From contig CAZBNP010000007.1 of the NCBI GenBank assembly GCA_964493505.1, forward strand, positions 70,392 to 134,391: a stretch of DNA of 64,000 nt, in the 5' to 3' direction. Shown here piece by piece: positions 38,763 to 48,797 of this stretch. Every line of letters starts with the position of its first letter. Position 1 is the first letter of the stretch. A model generated the notes under the pieces. It did not search any database. It saw only the letters and a program-made list of their open reading frames with translations, and was not told the DNA's origin. This DNA is from an uncultured Roseivirgaceae bacterium (GTDB taxonomy: Bacteria; Bacteroidota; Bacteroidia; Cytophagales; Cyclobacteriaceae). The translations under genes and the position numbers were made by a program.

Positions 38763-39695
38763 CTATTTTTTTCCGAAAAACGACCTCGTTTTCAATAATT
38801 CGTCGGTTTTCCTCCGGTTAATCAGCGCAGCCTGCGAATCCTGGATGAGAATAAAACCTTCCCGGGACTTCCCGGGATCGAATAATCGCAAGCGATACGA
38901 CCGGTTTGCGACATCCGTGACAAGTATTTCCATTTTGGGGATGATCGCCTTTAGGCTATCGATTAACTTCGGTTCAGAAAGATATTCCTCCACCGTGAGC
39001 AGCGACACATCATCCAGGAAATTATTAAGCCGCGTAGTGTCCGTCGCCGGCAAACCCTGGATACCGAAGAAACCGGCTTGCATCGCAACGGTAAAGTCGC
39101 CGGCGGCATTACCCGGAAATCGCGCTTCCAGGGACTTGAAATTGCGCCAGTTGAAGCCAAAAACGAGTTTGTCCCTCCATCCGTCTGTGGCTAGTTCGAG
39201 GATACCCGATACATAGACCCGGTAGCCGGGAATGGTCACTACGTACACACTTCCCGTAGCAGGGTCGGCGAAGAACGCCTGTGTTTTTTCACTGTTTCCG
39301 CCCGCATAAAATTCTTTTCGCAATTCGTCGCCGGCGTAGAGTCCTACCTTCACTCCTGATTCAGAAACCGCCTTCATTACCGAATCCCGGTGCGCAAATG
39401 CGACCGGACGCTTCGGCTGCGCTTGCTGAAGGGTAGCGAACAAGACCCGGATCATACTCGCGTCTGCGTCATACTCGTCATTGACGCGCCAGCGCGCACC
39501 GTCGAACTGCAGCCGCACCAGGCCCGCGGGAGAGTGCAGATCAACCCGGCTGATCTCGTTCAGCCCGTCGACGCGGAAAAGGTCTTCGTCAATATCAAAG
39601 CGATTCCCGGGTTGCACCCACCACCCTGCCACCAGGGTCGCTACGGTCAACACAACCAGCACAATAAACCGCCTCTTATTAACTCTCCCCTGCAT
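38763..39695 (-). CDS. DUF4340-type membrane-anchored protein associated with gldFG
   Basis: N-terminal TM after MQGRVNKRR; WRDKLVF; start moved to ATG 39695, 2 nt after the gldG stop. Confidence 0.7.
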   Translation of the reverse strand: MQGRVNKRRFIVLVVLTVATLVAGWWVQPGNRFDIDEDLFRVDGLNEISRVDLHSPAGLVRLQFDGARWRVNDEYDADASMIRVLFATLQQAQPKRPVAFAHRDSVMKAVSESGVKVGLYAGDELRKEFYAGGNSEKTQAFFADPATGSVYVVTIPGYRVYVSGILELATDGWRDKLVFGFNWRNFKSLEARFPGNAAGDFTVAMQAGFFGIQGLPATDTTRLNNFLDDVSLLTVEEYLSEPKLIDSLKAIIPKMEILVTDVANRSYRLRLFDPGKSREGFILIQDSQAALINRRKTDELLKTRSFFGKK

Positions 39696-39697
39696 GA

Positions 39698-41362
39698 TTA
39701 AAAATTTGCGAATTTTCTTCGTCTCCAATACGCACGTGCCACGCCGAAAACCACCAAAAGCACAAGCGGGATCCCGAGGTTGATCACCTGCCATTTCAGA
39801 CGCTCACGCGCAATCTGCTCGCGGTCAAGAGGCCTGACCATGAGTTCCTTGTTTCGCGCGCGGATTAATCCGTCCTTGTCCAGAAGATAGGCGATCATAT
39901 TCAGCAGCAGATCCTTGTTGGCAAATGTGTAGTTGGTGAAGGGATCCAAACCGAGTGGTAGCGGCTCTCCTGTTCTGCGATTGACATCGTTCTGCAAAAC
40001 GTCGCCGTCAGAAACTACGATCAGGCTGGTCGCTATACTTTGTTCTTTAAAAGATCCCGCGTCGGCACCTTCCGGGAGAAAGCGATTCTTATATAAGGAA
40101 TTGAACGAACCCTCCAGGAGGTAGGCTACCGGAATGAACTGCTCGGTGAACTGCTCGGCCGTTAGATTGCGACGAAGCTCACTGACGTTCACGTTCACCG
40201 GACTACTCAATCTGCGCGAATACTCCGACGTGAACATGAGTGGCGTCTTTCGCACACCTTCCGCTTTCACTGTATCGATGCTGCTGACAAAACGCATGAA
40301 TATCCTATCAAGGTTCCGCGTAACGGGATGGTCGGCGAGCCCATTGATCAGCGGAAAGAACGGCCACTCTATCAAATGCATCTGAGGTGTGCCGTCCGGG
40401 TTCTCGCCCGTCACGATCGGATATCCCGCGGAATAGCGATCCTGTATCAGGTCAGGATTTATCCGCACACCGTATTTAAACAACAGATCATCAAGGCCGG
40501 TCTCATAGGGGAACGCGTAATAGTTCGCCTGTGTGGTACTGTCCATACTGGCGTCGAGTCTATCAATCAAAAACAACGCTTTTCCTCCTCCCATGATATA
40601 CTGATCCAAGCGATACTTGTCGAGTGCTGAAAATGCGTTTACCGGTTTTGCGACAACAATGACATCGCACGCGTCAAGCGCCGGATCCTGCATATCAATT
40701 CTGCGGACGTGGTAGAGATCGGAAGCTGCGCGTATGAATGACGCGACAGCCGCACCATCGGCTTCACCGTGTCCGGATATCATTCCCAGGAGTGCTGGCT
40801 CCTCTTCGGTGAGCTTATAGATCGCATTGGCAATCTCGAACTCAATGCCTTCGATAGATTCATTGATCTTACGCCCTTTCAGAAGCATAACTCCCGTCTC
40901 CGCGCCTCCATACGACACGATCGCGCCCGGAAAAATAATCTTCTCCACACGTTCGCCGTCGCGTATGTCGATCACGTTAGTAGGTTGTATGCCCTTCGAC
41001 GCGAGATCTGACATAAACTCCGATCGCGCCTTTTGACCAATAGCCATACCGGGATCGGTGAACGAATATTGCAACTTGTTATCCGAGTATATCCGGAACA
41101 TTTCCAGTGTTTCACGGATAGTCTTCTGAAAGCGTCTGAACTCAGCGTTCAATTCACCCTCCAGAAACACCTCAACATACACATCGTCATCGAGTCGCGA
41201 CAACATCTCCCGTGTGGATTCATGAATCGAATAGCGCCTGTCTTCCGTGAGGTCAATACGAAAAAAATACCGGGAAGCCAGCAGGTTGATCAGCACAAGG
41301 ATTACGATGCCATTCGCCAGTAAGAGCAGATCTCCCGTTTTTCTGTTTTTCCAGTTCACCAT
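39698..41362 (-). CDS. gldG: Gliding motility-associated ABC transporter substrate-binding/auxiliary protein GldG
   Basis: FFRIDLTEDRRYS, ISGHGE, LDQYIMGGGKALF, ANKDLLLN, RNKELMVRPLD. Confidence 0.93.
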   Translation of the reverse strand: MVNWKNRKTGDLLLLANGIVILVLINLLASRYFFRIDLTEDRRYSIHESTREMLSRLDDDVYVEVFLEGELNAEFRRFQKTIRETLEMFRIYSDNKLQYSFTDPGMAIGQKARSEFMSDLASKGIQPTNVIDIRDGERVEKIIFPGAIVSYGGAETGVMLLKGRKINESIEGIEFEIANAIYKLTEEEPALLGMISGHGEADGAAVASFIRAASDLYHVRRIDMQDPALDACDVIVVAKPVNAFSALDKYRLDQYIMGGGKALFLIDRLDASMDSTTQANYYAFPYETGLDDLLFKYGVRINPDLIQDRYSAGYPIVTGENPDGTPQMHLIEWPFFPLINGLADHPVTRNLDRIFMRFVSSIDTVKAEGVRKTPLMFTSEYSRRLSSPVNVNVSELRRNLTAEQFTEQFIPVAYLLEGSFNSLYKNRFLPEGADAGSFKEQSIATSLIVVSDGDVLQNDVNRRTGEPLPLGLDPFTNYTFANKDLLLNMIAYLLDKDGLIRARNKELMVRPLDREQIARERLKWQVINLGIPLVLLVVFGVARAYWRRRKFANF

Positions 41363-42084
41363 GATCGCGCTCCAACATTGATACGGGTGATCAGCAACAT
41401 CGCGGTGATGACACTTCCGAAGTAAATCAGGTTACGGCTATCTATAAGTCCGCGGCTAAGAGCATCGTAGTGGTACAATAACCCAAGCTCTTTCAAAAAG
41501 AGCGACGATTCGGACCAGACATTGAGCTGCGACACGGATTCAAAGCCTTCAAACATCAGGTAGCAAAGGAAAGCTGACACAATAAACGACACGATCTGAT
41601 TGTTAGTAATGGAGGAAGCCAGTACACCGATCGAACAAAACACAGCTCCGAGCAAGATCAGACCGACGTATGAGCCCATCACACCGGGTGTGTCAATATT
41701 GCCGGGAGGATTGCCGAGCGCATGCACCGAGAAATAATAGATCAAGGTCGGAATCAATGAAAGTACGACGAGCAGGAAACACGCGAGAAATTTACCAAGT
41801 ATAATATCCCAGTCGGAAAGGGGTTTGGTGAGCAGCAACTCAAGGGTACCTCCCCTCGCCTCTTCAGCAAAACTTCGCATGGTAATGGCGGGGATGAGGA
41901 ATACAAAGACGTAGGGCGCCAGTGAAAACAGTGTTTCCATGTCGGCATAACCATAGTCCAGCACGGAGGTTCCCGGGAACACCCACATCAGCAAGCCAAT
42001 GGCTGTAAGAAAAACTCCCATGACCACGTAGGCGATCAGGGAGTTGAGGAAACTGTTAAATTCTTTGGACAGTACCTGAATCAT
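41356..42084 (-). CDS. gldF: Gliding motility-associated ABC transporter permease GldF
   Basis: KEFNSFLNSLIAY, PAITMRSFAEE...GTLELLLTKP; 6 TM. Confidence 0.94.
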   Translation of the reverse strand: MIQVLSKEFNSFLNSLIAYVVMGVFLTAIGLLMWVFPGTSVLDYGYADMETLFSLAPYVFVFLIPAITMRSFAEEARGGTLELLLTKPLSDWDIILGKFLACFLLVVLSLIPTLIYYFSVHALGNPPGNIDTPGVMGSYVGLILLGAVFCSIGVLASSITNNQIVSFIVSAFLCYLMFEGFESVSQLNVWSESSLFLKELGLLYHYDALSRGLIDSRNLIYFGSVITAMLLITRINVGARSW

Positions 42085-42237
42085 TCCTGGAAAAATGTAA
42101 ATATAGGCGTTAATGCTATATTATGTATAGCAGACCCATCCGTTTAAACGCCACTCACCCTCAAAATTTGGGAATTTATAATTGTAATGATTATCTTACT
42201 CGTTGATGAAGCCTAAATCTACAACCAAATTGTGATC

Positions 42238-42666
42238 ATGAAAAGAGTATCAGATGTGTTATCCCACAAAGGAAGAAGTATCATTTCTGTCACCCCCGAA
42301 GCGAAAGTTTTCGAGGCGCTCAAGATCATGTCTGACAAGAACATTGGATCTGTACTGGTGATGGACAGCGCCAGCTATGTGGGGCTGCTCACAGAACGCG
42401 ACTATGCCCGCAAGGTCATTCTGAAAGGCAAGGCGTCGTCGGACGTCAAGGTGAAAGACATTATGTCAACCGACCTCCCTACGATCCAGCCTGACACGTC
42501 GATCGAGATCTGCATGCAACTGATGTCTGACAAGAATGTTCGCTATCTGCCGGTGTTCGAAAATGATCAGGTGATCGGAATCATTTCGATCAATGACGTG
42601 ATCAAAGCCGTAGTGGCCAATCAGCAGGATACAATCCAGCAATTGGAAAAGTACATTCATTCGTAG
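42238..42666 (+). CDS. Tandem CBS-domain protein
   Basis: Two CBS repeats (GLLTERDYARKV; IGIISINDVIK); start GTG 42232 or ATG 42238. Confidence 0.92.
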   Translation: MKRVSDVLSHKGRSIISVTPEAKVFEALKIMSDKNIGSVLVMDSASYVGLLTERDYARKVILKGKASSDVKVKDIMSTDLPTIQPDTSIEICMQLMSDKNVRYLPVFENDQVIGIISINDVIKAVVANQQDTIQQLEKYIHS

Positions 42667-42673
42667 GCTGGCA

Positions 42674-43597
42674 TCAGCCTACGTCTGCCTTCGTCAGTTC
42701 ACGGAAAATATTCTCCAGCGAGTTTTCGTCCTGTCTCAGTCCGATCAGCGATAGATTCCGGTCGGCGGCGTAGCGGAATATTTCGGGGCGGATGTCGGTG
42801 CCTTTGTCGATGAAGATCCGGTATCGGTTATCACCGAGGTTTTCGATCTTCGATACACCGGATATCCGCTTCATTTCGGAAAGATCGATGGGTTCTTCAA
42901 ACTCGACTACAATGCTGTCGTCATGACCGTGGCGGGCCAGCAGGTTTCCGAGACGGTCGTTAGCAACAATGCTACCGCGATTAACTACCACTACTCGTTC
43001 GCAGATCGCTTCAACCTCCTGCATGATGTGTGTCGAGAAGATCACCGTTTTATTCGCGCTGATGTTGCGGATAAGATTCCTGATTTCAACAAGCTGATTC
43101 GGGTCAAGTCCGGAGGTGGGCTCATCCAGGATAAGCACGGCCGGATCATGAATCAGCGCCTGCGCGAGACCAATCCGCTGACGATACCCTTTCGACAAGC
43201 TTTCTATTCGCTTATTCTGCTCACGCGTGAGTCCGCAAAGTTCTACCATTTCGTCCACGCGCTTTTTCAGCGTCGTCCCGCGCAGGCCGTACAATCTGCC
43301 CACAAACATCAGGTATTCACGAACATACAAGTCGAGATACAATGGATTGTGCTCCGGTAGATAGCCGGTTATTCTCTTCACCTCCATGGGGTGGCTCGCT
43401 ACATCGTAACCTCCGACAACAACCCTCCCGGATGTTGGCGGGAGATAACTGGTCGATATCTTGAGCGTAGTCGATTTTCCGGCGCCATTGGGGCCAAGAA
43501 AACCAACGATCTCTCCTTCGTTTACCGTAAACGATATGTCGTTAACTGCCTTCTGGCGTCCGTATTCCTTCACAAGATTCTCAATGAGCAGTGACAT
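42674..43597 (-). CDS. gldA: Gliding motility-associated ABC transporter ATPase GldA
   Basis: Walker A GPNGAGKST, LSKGYRQRIGLAQAL, DEPTSGLDPNQLVEIR, STHIMQEV. Confidence 0.92.
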   Translation of the reverse strand: MSLLIENLVKEYGRQKAVNDISFTVNEGEIVGFLGPNGAGKSTTLKISTSYLPPTSGRVVVGGYDVASHPMEVKRITGYLPEHNPLYLDLYVREYLMFVGRLYGLRGTTLKKRVDEMVELCGLTREQNKRIESLSKGYRQRIGLAQALIHDPAVLILDEPTSGLDPNQLVEIRNLIRNISANKTVIFSTHIMQEVEAICERVVVVNRGSIVANDRLGNLLARHGHDDSIVVEFEEPIDLSEMKRISGVSKIENLGDNRYRIFIDKGTDIRPEIFRYAADRNLSLIGLRQDENSLENIFRELTKADVG

Positions 43598-43779
43598 AGT
43601 GCGCTAAAATAGGAAAAATGGCGAATGAAACGCCTGGGCCTTCGCGGAACCCAAATGGCGACGTAAGATATATTCAAAATTTGTCACCATCCTTGTTACC
43701 AATACGTTAACTGGTTTATTAATTGCAGCGTCTTTGAATTCGTCCAATAGTTTTCTGAAATTTGACAAATTTTCCAGCT

Positions 43780-45207
43780 ATGCGAACCGGCTTTCTTATC
43801 CCGATCCTGATACTTTCCTTTAGCGCTCTGGCGCAAACCGGCTACAATATCCGGCTCAACATCACAGGACTAAAAGATACAACGGCCTATCTCGGTTACT
43901 ACTACGGCGAGAGCACATTCGTAAAAGACACGGCGCACGTCAATAATAGCGGCGAGTTCTTCTTCGACGGAAAGCAATCCCTTCCCCAGGGCGTGTACTT
44001 CCTGGTACTGAACAAAACGCGAATTTTTGAATTTGTGGTTTCGCACGACCAACACTTTTCACTCGCGACAAATACGTCCGATTACATAAAAAACATGAAG
44101 GTCAGCGGGGACGTAGACAACACCCTGTTCTTCGAAAACATGGTCTTTAACATGGAACGGCACCTCGAGGCCGAGCCGTATATAAAAGTCCTGCAAGACA
44201 GCACACTCGCCGAAGCGCAGAAGAAGGATGCGCGCGAGCACTTCTCGAAAGTCAATGAGAACGTGTTGGCCTACCAGAAACGCGTCATCGATGAACATCC
44301 CTCCACCCTGACAGCGAGGATATTCAAAGCCAATCAGCCCATTGTGATCCCCGACCCTCCGAAAAAAGCGGATGGTTCAATCGACTCGACATTTCAGCTG
44401 AAATGGTACAGGGAACACTTTTTCGACAACTTTGACCTCGCCGACGATGCCATGATACGGTTGCCACGGCCGCTTTACCAGGAAAAAATCCACGAATACC
44501 TGGACAAACTCTACGTACCGCAAGCCGATACGCTTAGGAAAGCCCTGGAGAGGGTAATCAACGTCGCTAAGAAAAATCAGGAAACCTATAAATACGCGGT
44601 ATGGGTATCGGTATTGAAGTTTCAGAATCCGGATATTATGGGGCTTGATGAAGTGTTCGTACACCTCAACGATACCTACTTCGCATCGGGAGAGATGGAC
44701 TTCTGGGCCAATGCCGCTATGCGGAAGAATTTGAAAGACCACGCCGATCGATTGCGCAAGAGCCTCATCGGCCAGAAAGGCGCGAACCTCATCATGCAAG
44801 ACATCAACCTGAAGCCGCGGGAGCTGTACGCCATCAAGAACAAGTACACCGTTCTTTACATATTTGATCCCGACTGCGGCTCATGCAAAAAAGAAACGCC
44901 CAAACTCGTCGACTTCTACAATATGAAAAAATGGGACGTAGAAGTGTTCGCCGTCAGTGCCGATACCAGCATAACAAAGATGCGCGACTACATCAAGGAA
45001 ATGAATATGAAGTGGATCACGGTAAACGGACCCCGCACGTATGTCGGCCCTTATCAGGATTTGTACGACGCCAATACCACGCCCACGCTGTACGTACTTG
45101 ACGGTCAGAAAAAGATCATCGGAAAGAAGATTCCCGCCGAGAAGCTCGACGACTTCCTGACGCAATATGAACGGGTTCAAAAACGGCGGGCGTCTGACAA
45201 GCTGTAA
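43780..45207 (+). CDS. Exported redoxin-domain protein (DUF5106 + TlpA/thioredoxin-like)
   Basis: Signal peptide; C-terminal DPDCGSC thioredoxin motif, TPTLYVLD; start ATG 43780. Confidence 0.8.
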   Translation: MRTGFLIPILILSFSALAQTGYNIRLNITGLKDTTAYLGYYYGESTFVKDTAHVNNSGEFFFDGKQSLPQGVYFLVLNKTRIFEFVVSHDQHFSLATNTSDYIKNMKVSGDVDNTLFFENMVFNMERHLEAEPYIKVLQDSTLAEAQKKDAREHFSKVNENVLAYQKRVIDEHPSTLTARIFKANQPIVIPDPPKKADGSIDSTFQLKWYREHFFDNFDLADDAMIRLPRPLYQEKIHEYLDKLYVPQADTLRKALERVINVAKKNQETYKYAVWVSVLKFQNPDIMGLDEVFVHLNDTYFASGEMDFWANAAMRKNLKDHADRLRKSLIGQKGANLIMQDINLKPRELYAIKNKYTVLYIFDPDCGSCKKETPKLVDFYNMKKWDVEVFAVSADTSITKMRDYIKEMNMKWITVNGPRTYVGPYQDLYDANTTPTLYVLDGQKKIIGKKIPAEKLDDFLTQYERVQKRRASDKL

Positions 45208-45238
45208 AACACAGGAAACAACACGGGCGTGGTAACGG

Positions 45239-46213
45239 CTAGCTCGTGCGATCGATCGTAAATTGAACCAGGTCCCGGAGAGACTTGCGGTAGTCTGAAT
45301 CTGAAAAAGACTCAAGGATAGCGAGAGCTTCCCGGTGATAGTAGTTCATTTTTTCAACCGCGTATTCAATACCTCCCGACTGCTTTACGTAGGCAATTAC
45401 TTCTTTCACTTTCCGGGGCTTATCGCTTTCGTTCTTCACGATGTTGATAATCCGTCGCTTTTCCATCCAGCCCGCTTTCGAGAGCGCATAGATCAGCGGT
45501 AGTGTCATTTTCTTTTCCCTGATATCGATACCGAGGGGTTTACCGATCTCCACCTCACCGTAGTCGAACAGGTCGTCTTTTATCTGGAATGCCATCCCGA
45601 TATTCTCTCCGAAGGCGCGCATTTTCTCCACTACTTCCTCCGAGGCGCCGGAGGAACTCGCGCCGACGGCACAGCAGGAGGCGATCAGCGATGCCGTCTT
45701 CTGACGGATGATCTCGTAGTAGACGGCCTCGTCTATGTCCAGCCTCCGCGACTTTTCAATCTGTAGCAGTTCCCCTTCGCTCATTTCCTTTACCGCGCGT
45801 GTAACGATCCTCAACAGCTGAAGGTCGTTATTCTCGACTGAAAGGATAAGGCCACGGGCCAGGAGAAAGTCGCCGACAAGCACGGCAACCTTATTTTTCC
45901 ACAACGCATTCACTGAAAAGAAACCACGCCTGTAGTTTGCTTCGTCCACCACATCGTCATGCACCAGGGTTGCCGTATGCAGAAGCTCAATCAGGGCGGC
46001 GCCGCGAAAGGTCTCGTCGCCGATCCTGCCACACATCCCCGCACAGAGAAAGACAAACATCGGGCGCATTTGCTTCCCTTTGCGCTTTACGATGTAGCTC
46101 ATGACCTTGTCAAGCAAGAGCACACGCGTCTTCATCGATGCCCGGAATTTGGGTTCGAATTCCTGCATTTCTCTAGCAACAGGGGCTTTTATATCTTCCA
46201 GGCGCAAGGACAT
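45239..46213 (-). CDS. Trans-polyprenyl diphosphate synthase (IspB-like)
   Basis: GKQMRP, LHTATLVHDDVVD..RRG, FQIKDDLFD. Confidence 0.93.
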   Translation of the reverse strand: MSLRLEDIKAPVAREMQEFEPKFRASMKTRVLLLDKVMSYIVKRKGKQMRPMFVFLCAGMCGRIGDETFRGAALIELLHTATLVHDDVVDEANYRRGFFSVNALWKNKVAVLVGDFLLARGLILSVENNDLQLLRIVTRAVKEMSEGELLQIEKSRRLDIDEAVYYEIIRQKTASLIASCCAVGASSSGASEEVVEKMRAFGENIGMAFQIKDDLFDYGEVEIGKPLGIDIREKKMTLPLIYALSKAGWMEKRRIINIVKNESDKPRKVKEVIAYVKQSGGIEYAVEKMNYYHREALAILESFSDSDYRKSLRDLVQFTIDRTS

Positions 46214-46335
46214 GAATCACAATTATACACAACGTTTCTTTATTATCCGCGCTGGAACAGCACCGGTTATTGTCAGCCAAAACACTTTTCGGAAATTTCA
46301 TTTGAGCACTCACATTTTTGCATACTTTAGTAAGA

Positions 46336-46380
46336 GGGGTTTGTGCCGCCGGGGCTTCCAGCCACCGGGACACAGGCTCC
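46336..46380 (+). promoter_or_regulatory. Long stable hairpin in the putative corA 5' leader
   Basis: GGGGTTTGTG/CACAGGCTCC, CCGG/CCGG and GGCT/AGCC nested stems. Confidence 0.5.
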
Positions 46381-46399
46381 CTGAAAACCCTGAAGCTAC

Positions 46400-47410
46400 A
46401 TGGATACCCAGTCACCGGCGCCTGACAGCCAGGAAAATGTCATTCTCGAACTCATTGTCTATAACCGCGAAAACTACAGCCGCCACACCGCGGACAACTT
46501 CGTCGACCTGATTCCGCATATAAAAAAGGGCGAGGTGAACTGGGTGAATCTCGACGGTCTGTCTCAGGCCTCCATTATTGAAGAGCTGCAATCACATTTT
46601 TCGCTACACTCGTTGCTGGTTGAGGATATTCTCAATGACCAGCGCCCGAAAGTCGAAGAGTACGAACCATACCTGTTCGTCACCCTCAAGATGCTGTACC
46701 GGATACAGGGCTCCGAAATAGACTACGAGCAGATCAGCTTTGTACTGGGGCCTGACTACCTGCTCACCTTCCAGGAAAAGGAAGGCGATCTGTTCGACAA
46801 CTTACGGGAACGCATCCGGCTTGATCAGGGGCGAGTGCGCAAAAAACAAGCCGACTACCTGCTGTACCGCCTCATCGATATCACCGTCGACAACTACTAC
46901 ACGGTACTCGATATTATCGGCGAGCGAATCGATGACATCGAAACGCTACTTAGCACAAACCATTCCGACGCGTCGTTTCAGAGAATCCAGGTGATCAAAA
47001 AGGAACTGATCTTTCTTCAAAAAGCACTGTACCCCCTGCGCGACGCCCTGGGAAAAATCCTGAAAGATGAAAGCGACTTCGTCCGGGAAGAGAATATACC
47101 CTACTTCAGAGATGTGTATGACCACGTGGTTCACATCATCGACTCGCTCGATGCCTACCGCGACCTGTCCGTGGGACTGACCGATCAGTATCTCAATGTT
47201 CAGAACAGTAAGCTGAATGAAGTAATCCGACTACTCACCATCATTTCAACGATATTCATACCACTGACTTTTATCGTCGGGATATACGGAATGAACTTCC
47301 GGCATTTCCCCGAGCTGGAGTGGAAGTACGGATACGCAGCCGTTTGGGTATTGATGATAACGATAGCCGTTGGCATGATCGGGTATTTCAGACATAAGAA
47401 ATGGCTCTGA
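46400..47410 (+). CDS. corA: Magnesium/cobalt transporter CorA
   Basis: HSLLVEDILNDQRPKVE, ADYLLYRLID, IFIPLTFIVGIYGMNF (GMN signature). Confidence 0.96.
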   Translation: MDTQSPAPDSQENVILELIVYNRENYSRHTADNFVDLIPHIKKGEVNWVNLDGLSQASIIEELQSHFSLHSLLVEDILNDQRPKVEEYEPYLFVTLKMLYRIQGSEIDYEQISFVLGPDYLLTFQEKEGDLFDNLRERIRLDQGRVRKKQADYLLYRLIDITVDNYYTVLDIIGERIDDIETLLSTNHSDASFQRIQVIKKELIFLQKALYPLRDALGKILKDESDFVREENIPYFRDVYDHVVHIIDSLDAYRDLSVGLTDQYLNVQNSKLNEVIRLLTIISTIFIPLTFIVGIYGMNFRHFPELEWKYGYAAVWVLMITIAVGMIGYFRHKKWL

Positions 47411-47415
47411 ACACG

Positions 47416-48723
47416 TCAATCTTCCTCCGGTTCGACGAAGCGATCAAAAATATCCACCAAAATGATCTGGTTCTTGATACGCTTGATCACAGTGAAGATA
47501 TAATCATCCTGTTCGATACTTTCGCCGACATTCGGAATTCGCCCCACGATATCAATCAGCATTCCCGCCAGCGTTACATAGGTTTCGTCTTCGGGAAGCG
47601 GGCGGGGAAGCATTTCATTCAGCGAAACCAGCGCGACTGATCCCTGGACCCGGTATTTCCGGTCATCGAGTCTTTCGACCATCGGGGTTTCGGTGTCGTA
47701 CTCATCCTGGATCTCCCCCACAAGTTCTTCCAGAATATCCTCCATCGTGATCACACCTTCCGTGCCCCCAAATTCATCCACCACGACAGCAAACTGAACA
47801 TGCTGTTTCTGGAAGTCTCTCATAATATCGATCAGTTTCTTGTTAGACGCGATATAATGAGCGGGGCGAAGGATCGTCTCGATAGAAAACGGCTTTCCCT
47901 CGTGCAACTTCAGCAGCAGGTCTTTCGTGAAGACAATACCCGCGACATGATCGATCGTCCCGTCAAAGACCGGCACACGCGAGTACCCGTTTTCCAGGAT
48001 CTTCTCGACAATCTGATCTACCGGCGACGTTTTGTTCACCGCGAATACATGGGTTCTGGGAACCATAGCCTGGCGCGCCGTGCGTTCGGCAAAATCGAAG
48101 GCATTTCGAATGATCTCATATTTGCGGGGCTCGATGGCGCCGCTCTTCTTACCCTGCTCCACCATCAGGCGGAGTTCTTCCGGCGAGTGGACTTCCGCCC
48201 CTTTCAGCGGCGTGATGCCGATGAGGCGAAGTACCCGGTTCGAAAACCCGTTGAGCAGCCAGATGAAGGGCCTGAATATCCAATAAAACACATTCAGCGG
48301 TGCAGCCAGCCACAGGGTGGCGCTCTCCGGACGCTGAATAGCGTATGATTTTGGCGCCAACTCGCCGAACACGATATGCAGAATAGTGATGACACCAAAA
48401 GCGACAGGAAAGGCGGCGCGATGCGCCGTCTCAGGATCCATACCCAGACCCAGCGCGGTAAAAAGATCGATTATAAGCCGGGAGACCACTGCCTCGCCAA
48501 TCCATCCCAACCCGAGGCTGGCGATCGTTATCCCCAACTGCGTTGCCGACAAGTAGGCGTCGAGGTTGGCAATAATGCGTTTGGACAACGCTGCCATCGG
48601 GTGACCTTCTCTCTCCTTGAGGTCGATTTGAGAACTCCTCACTTTAACAATAGCAAACTCCGCTGCAACGAAGAAACCGTTGAGAAGGACGAGAAAAATT
48701 GTCAACAGGATGTCGAATATCAT
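47416..48723 (-). CDS. HlyC/CorC family transporter (DUF21/CNNM + CBS pair + CorC domain)
   Basis: NGFFVAAEFA, TQLGIT, GELAPKS, GYSRVPV, VDEFGGTEGVITMEDILEE. Confidence 0.93.
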   Translation of the reverse strand: MIFDILLTIFLVLLNGFFVAAEFAIVKVRSSQIDLKEREGHPMAALSKRIIANLDAYLSATQLGITIASLGLGWIGEAVVSRLIIDLFTALGLGMDPETAHRAAFPVAFGVITILHIVFGELAPKSYAIQRPESATLWLAAPLNVFYWIFRPFIWLLNGFSNRVLRLIGITPLKGAEVHSPEELRLMVEQGKKSGAIEPRKYEIIRNAFDFAERTARQAMVPRTHVFAVNKTSPVDQIVEKILENGYSRVPVFDGTIDHVAGIVFTKDLLLKLHEGKPFSIETILRPAHYIASNKKLIDIMRDFQKQHVQFAVVVDEFGGTEGVITMEDILEELVGEIQDEYDTETPMVERLDDRKYRVQGSVALVSLNEMLPRPLPEDETYVTLAGMLIDIVGRIPNVGESIEQDDYIFTVIKRIKNQIILVDIFDRFVEPEED

Positions 48724-48797
48724 ACGGGCAATATATTCAGTATTCGGTAGACAGTAGTCGATTGGAAGTACACCGAAGGACTACAGGCAACCGGTTA

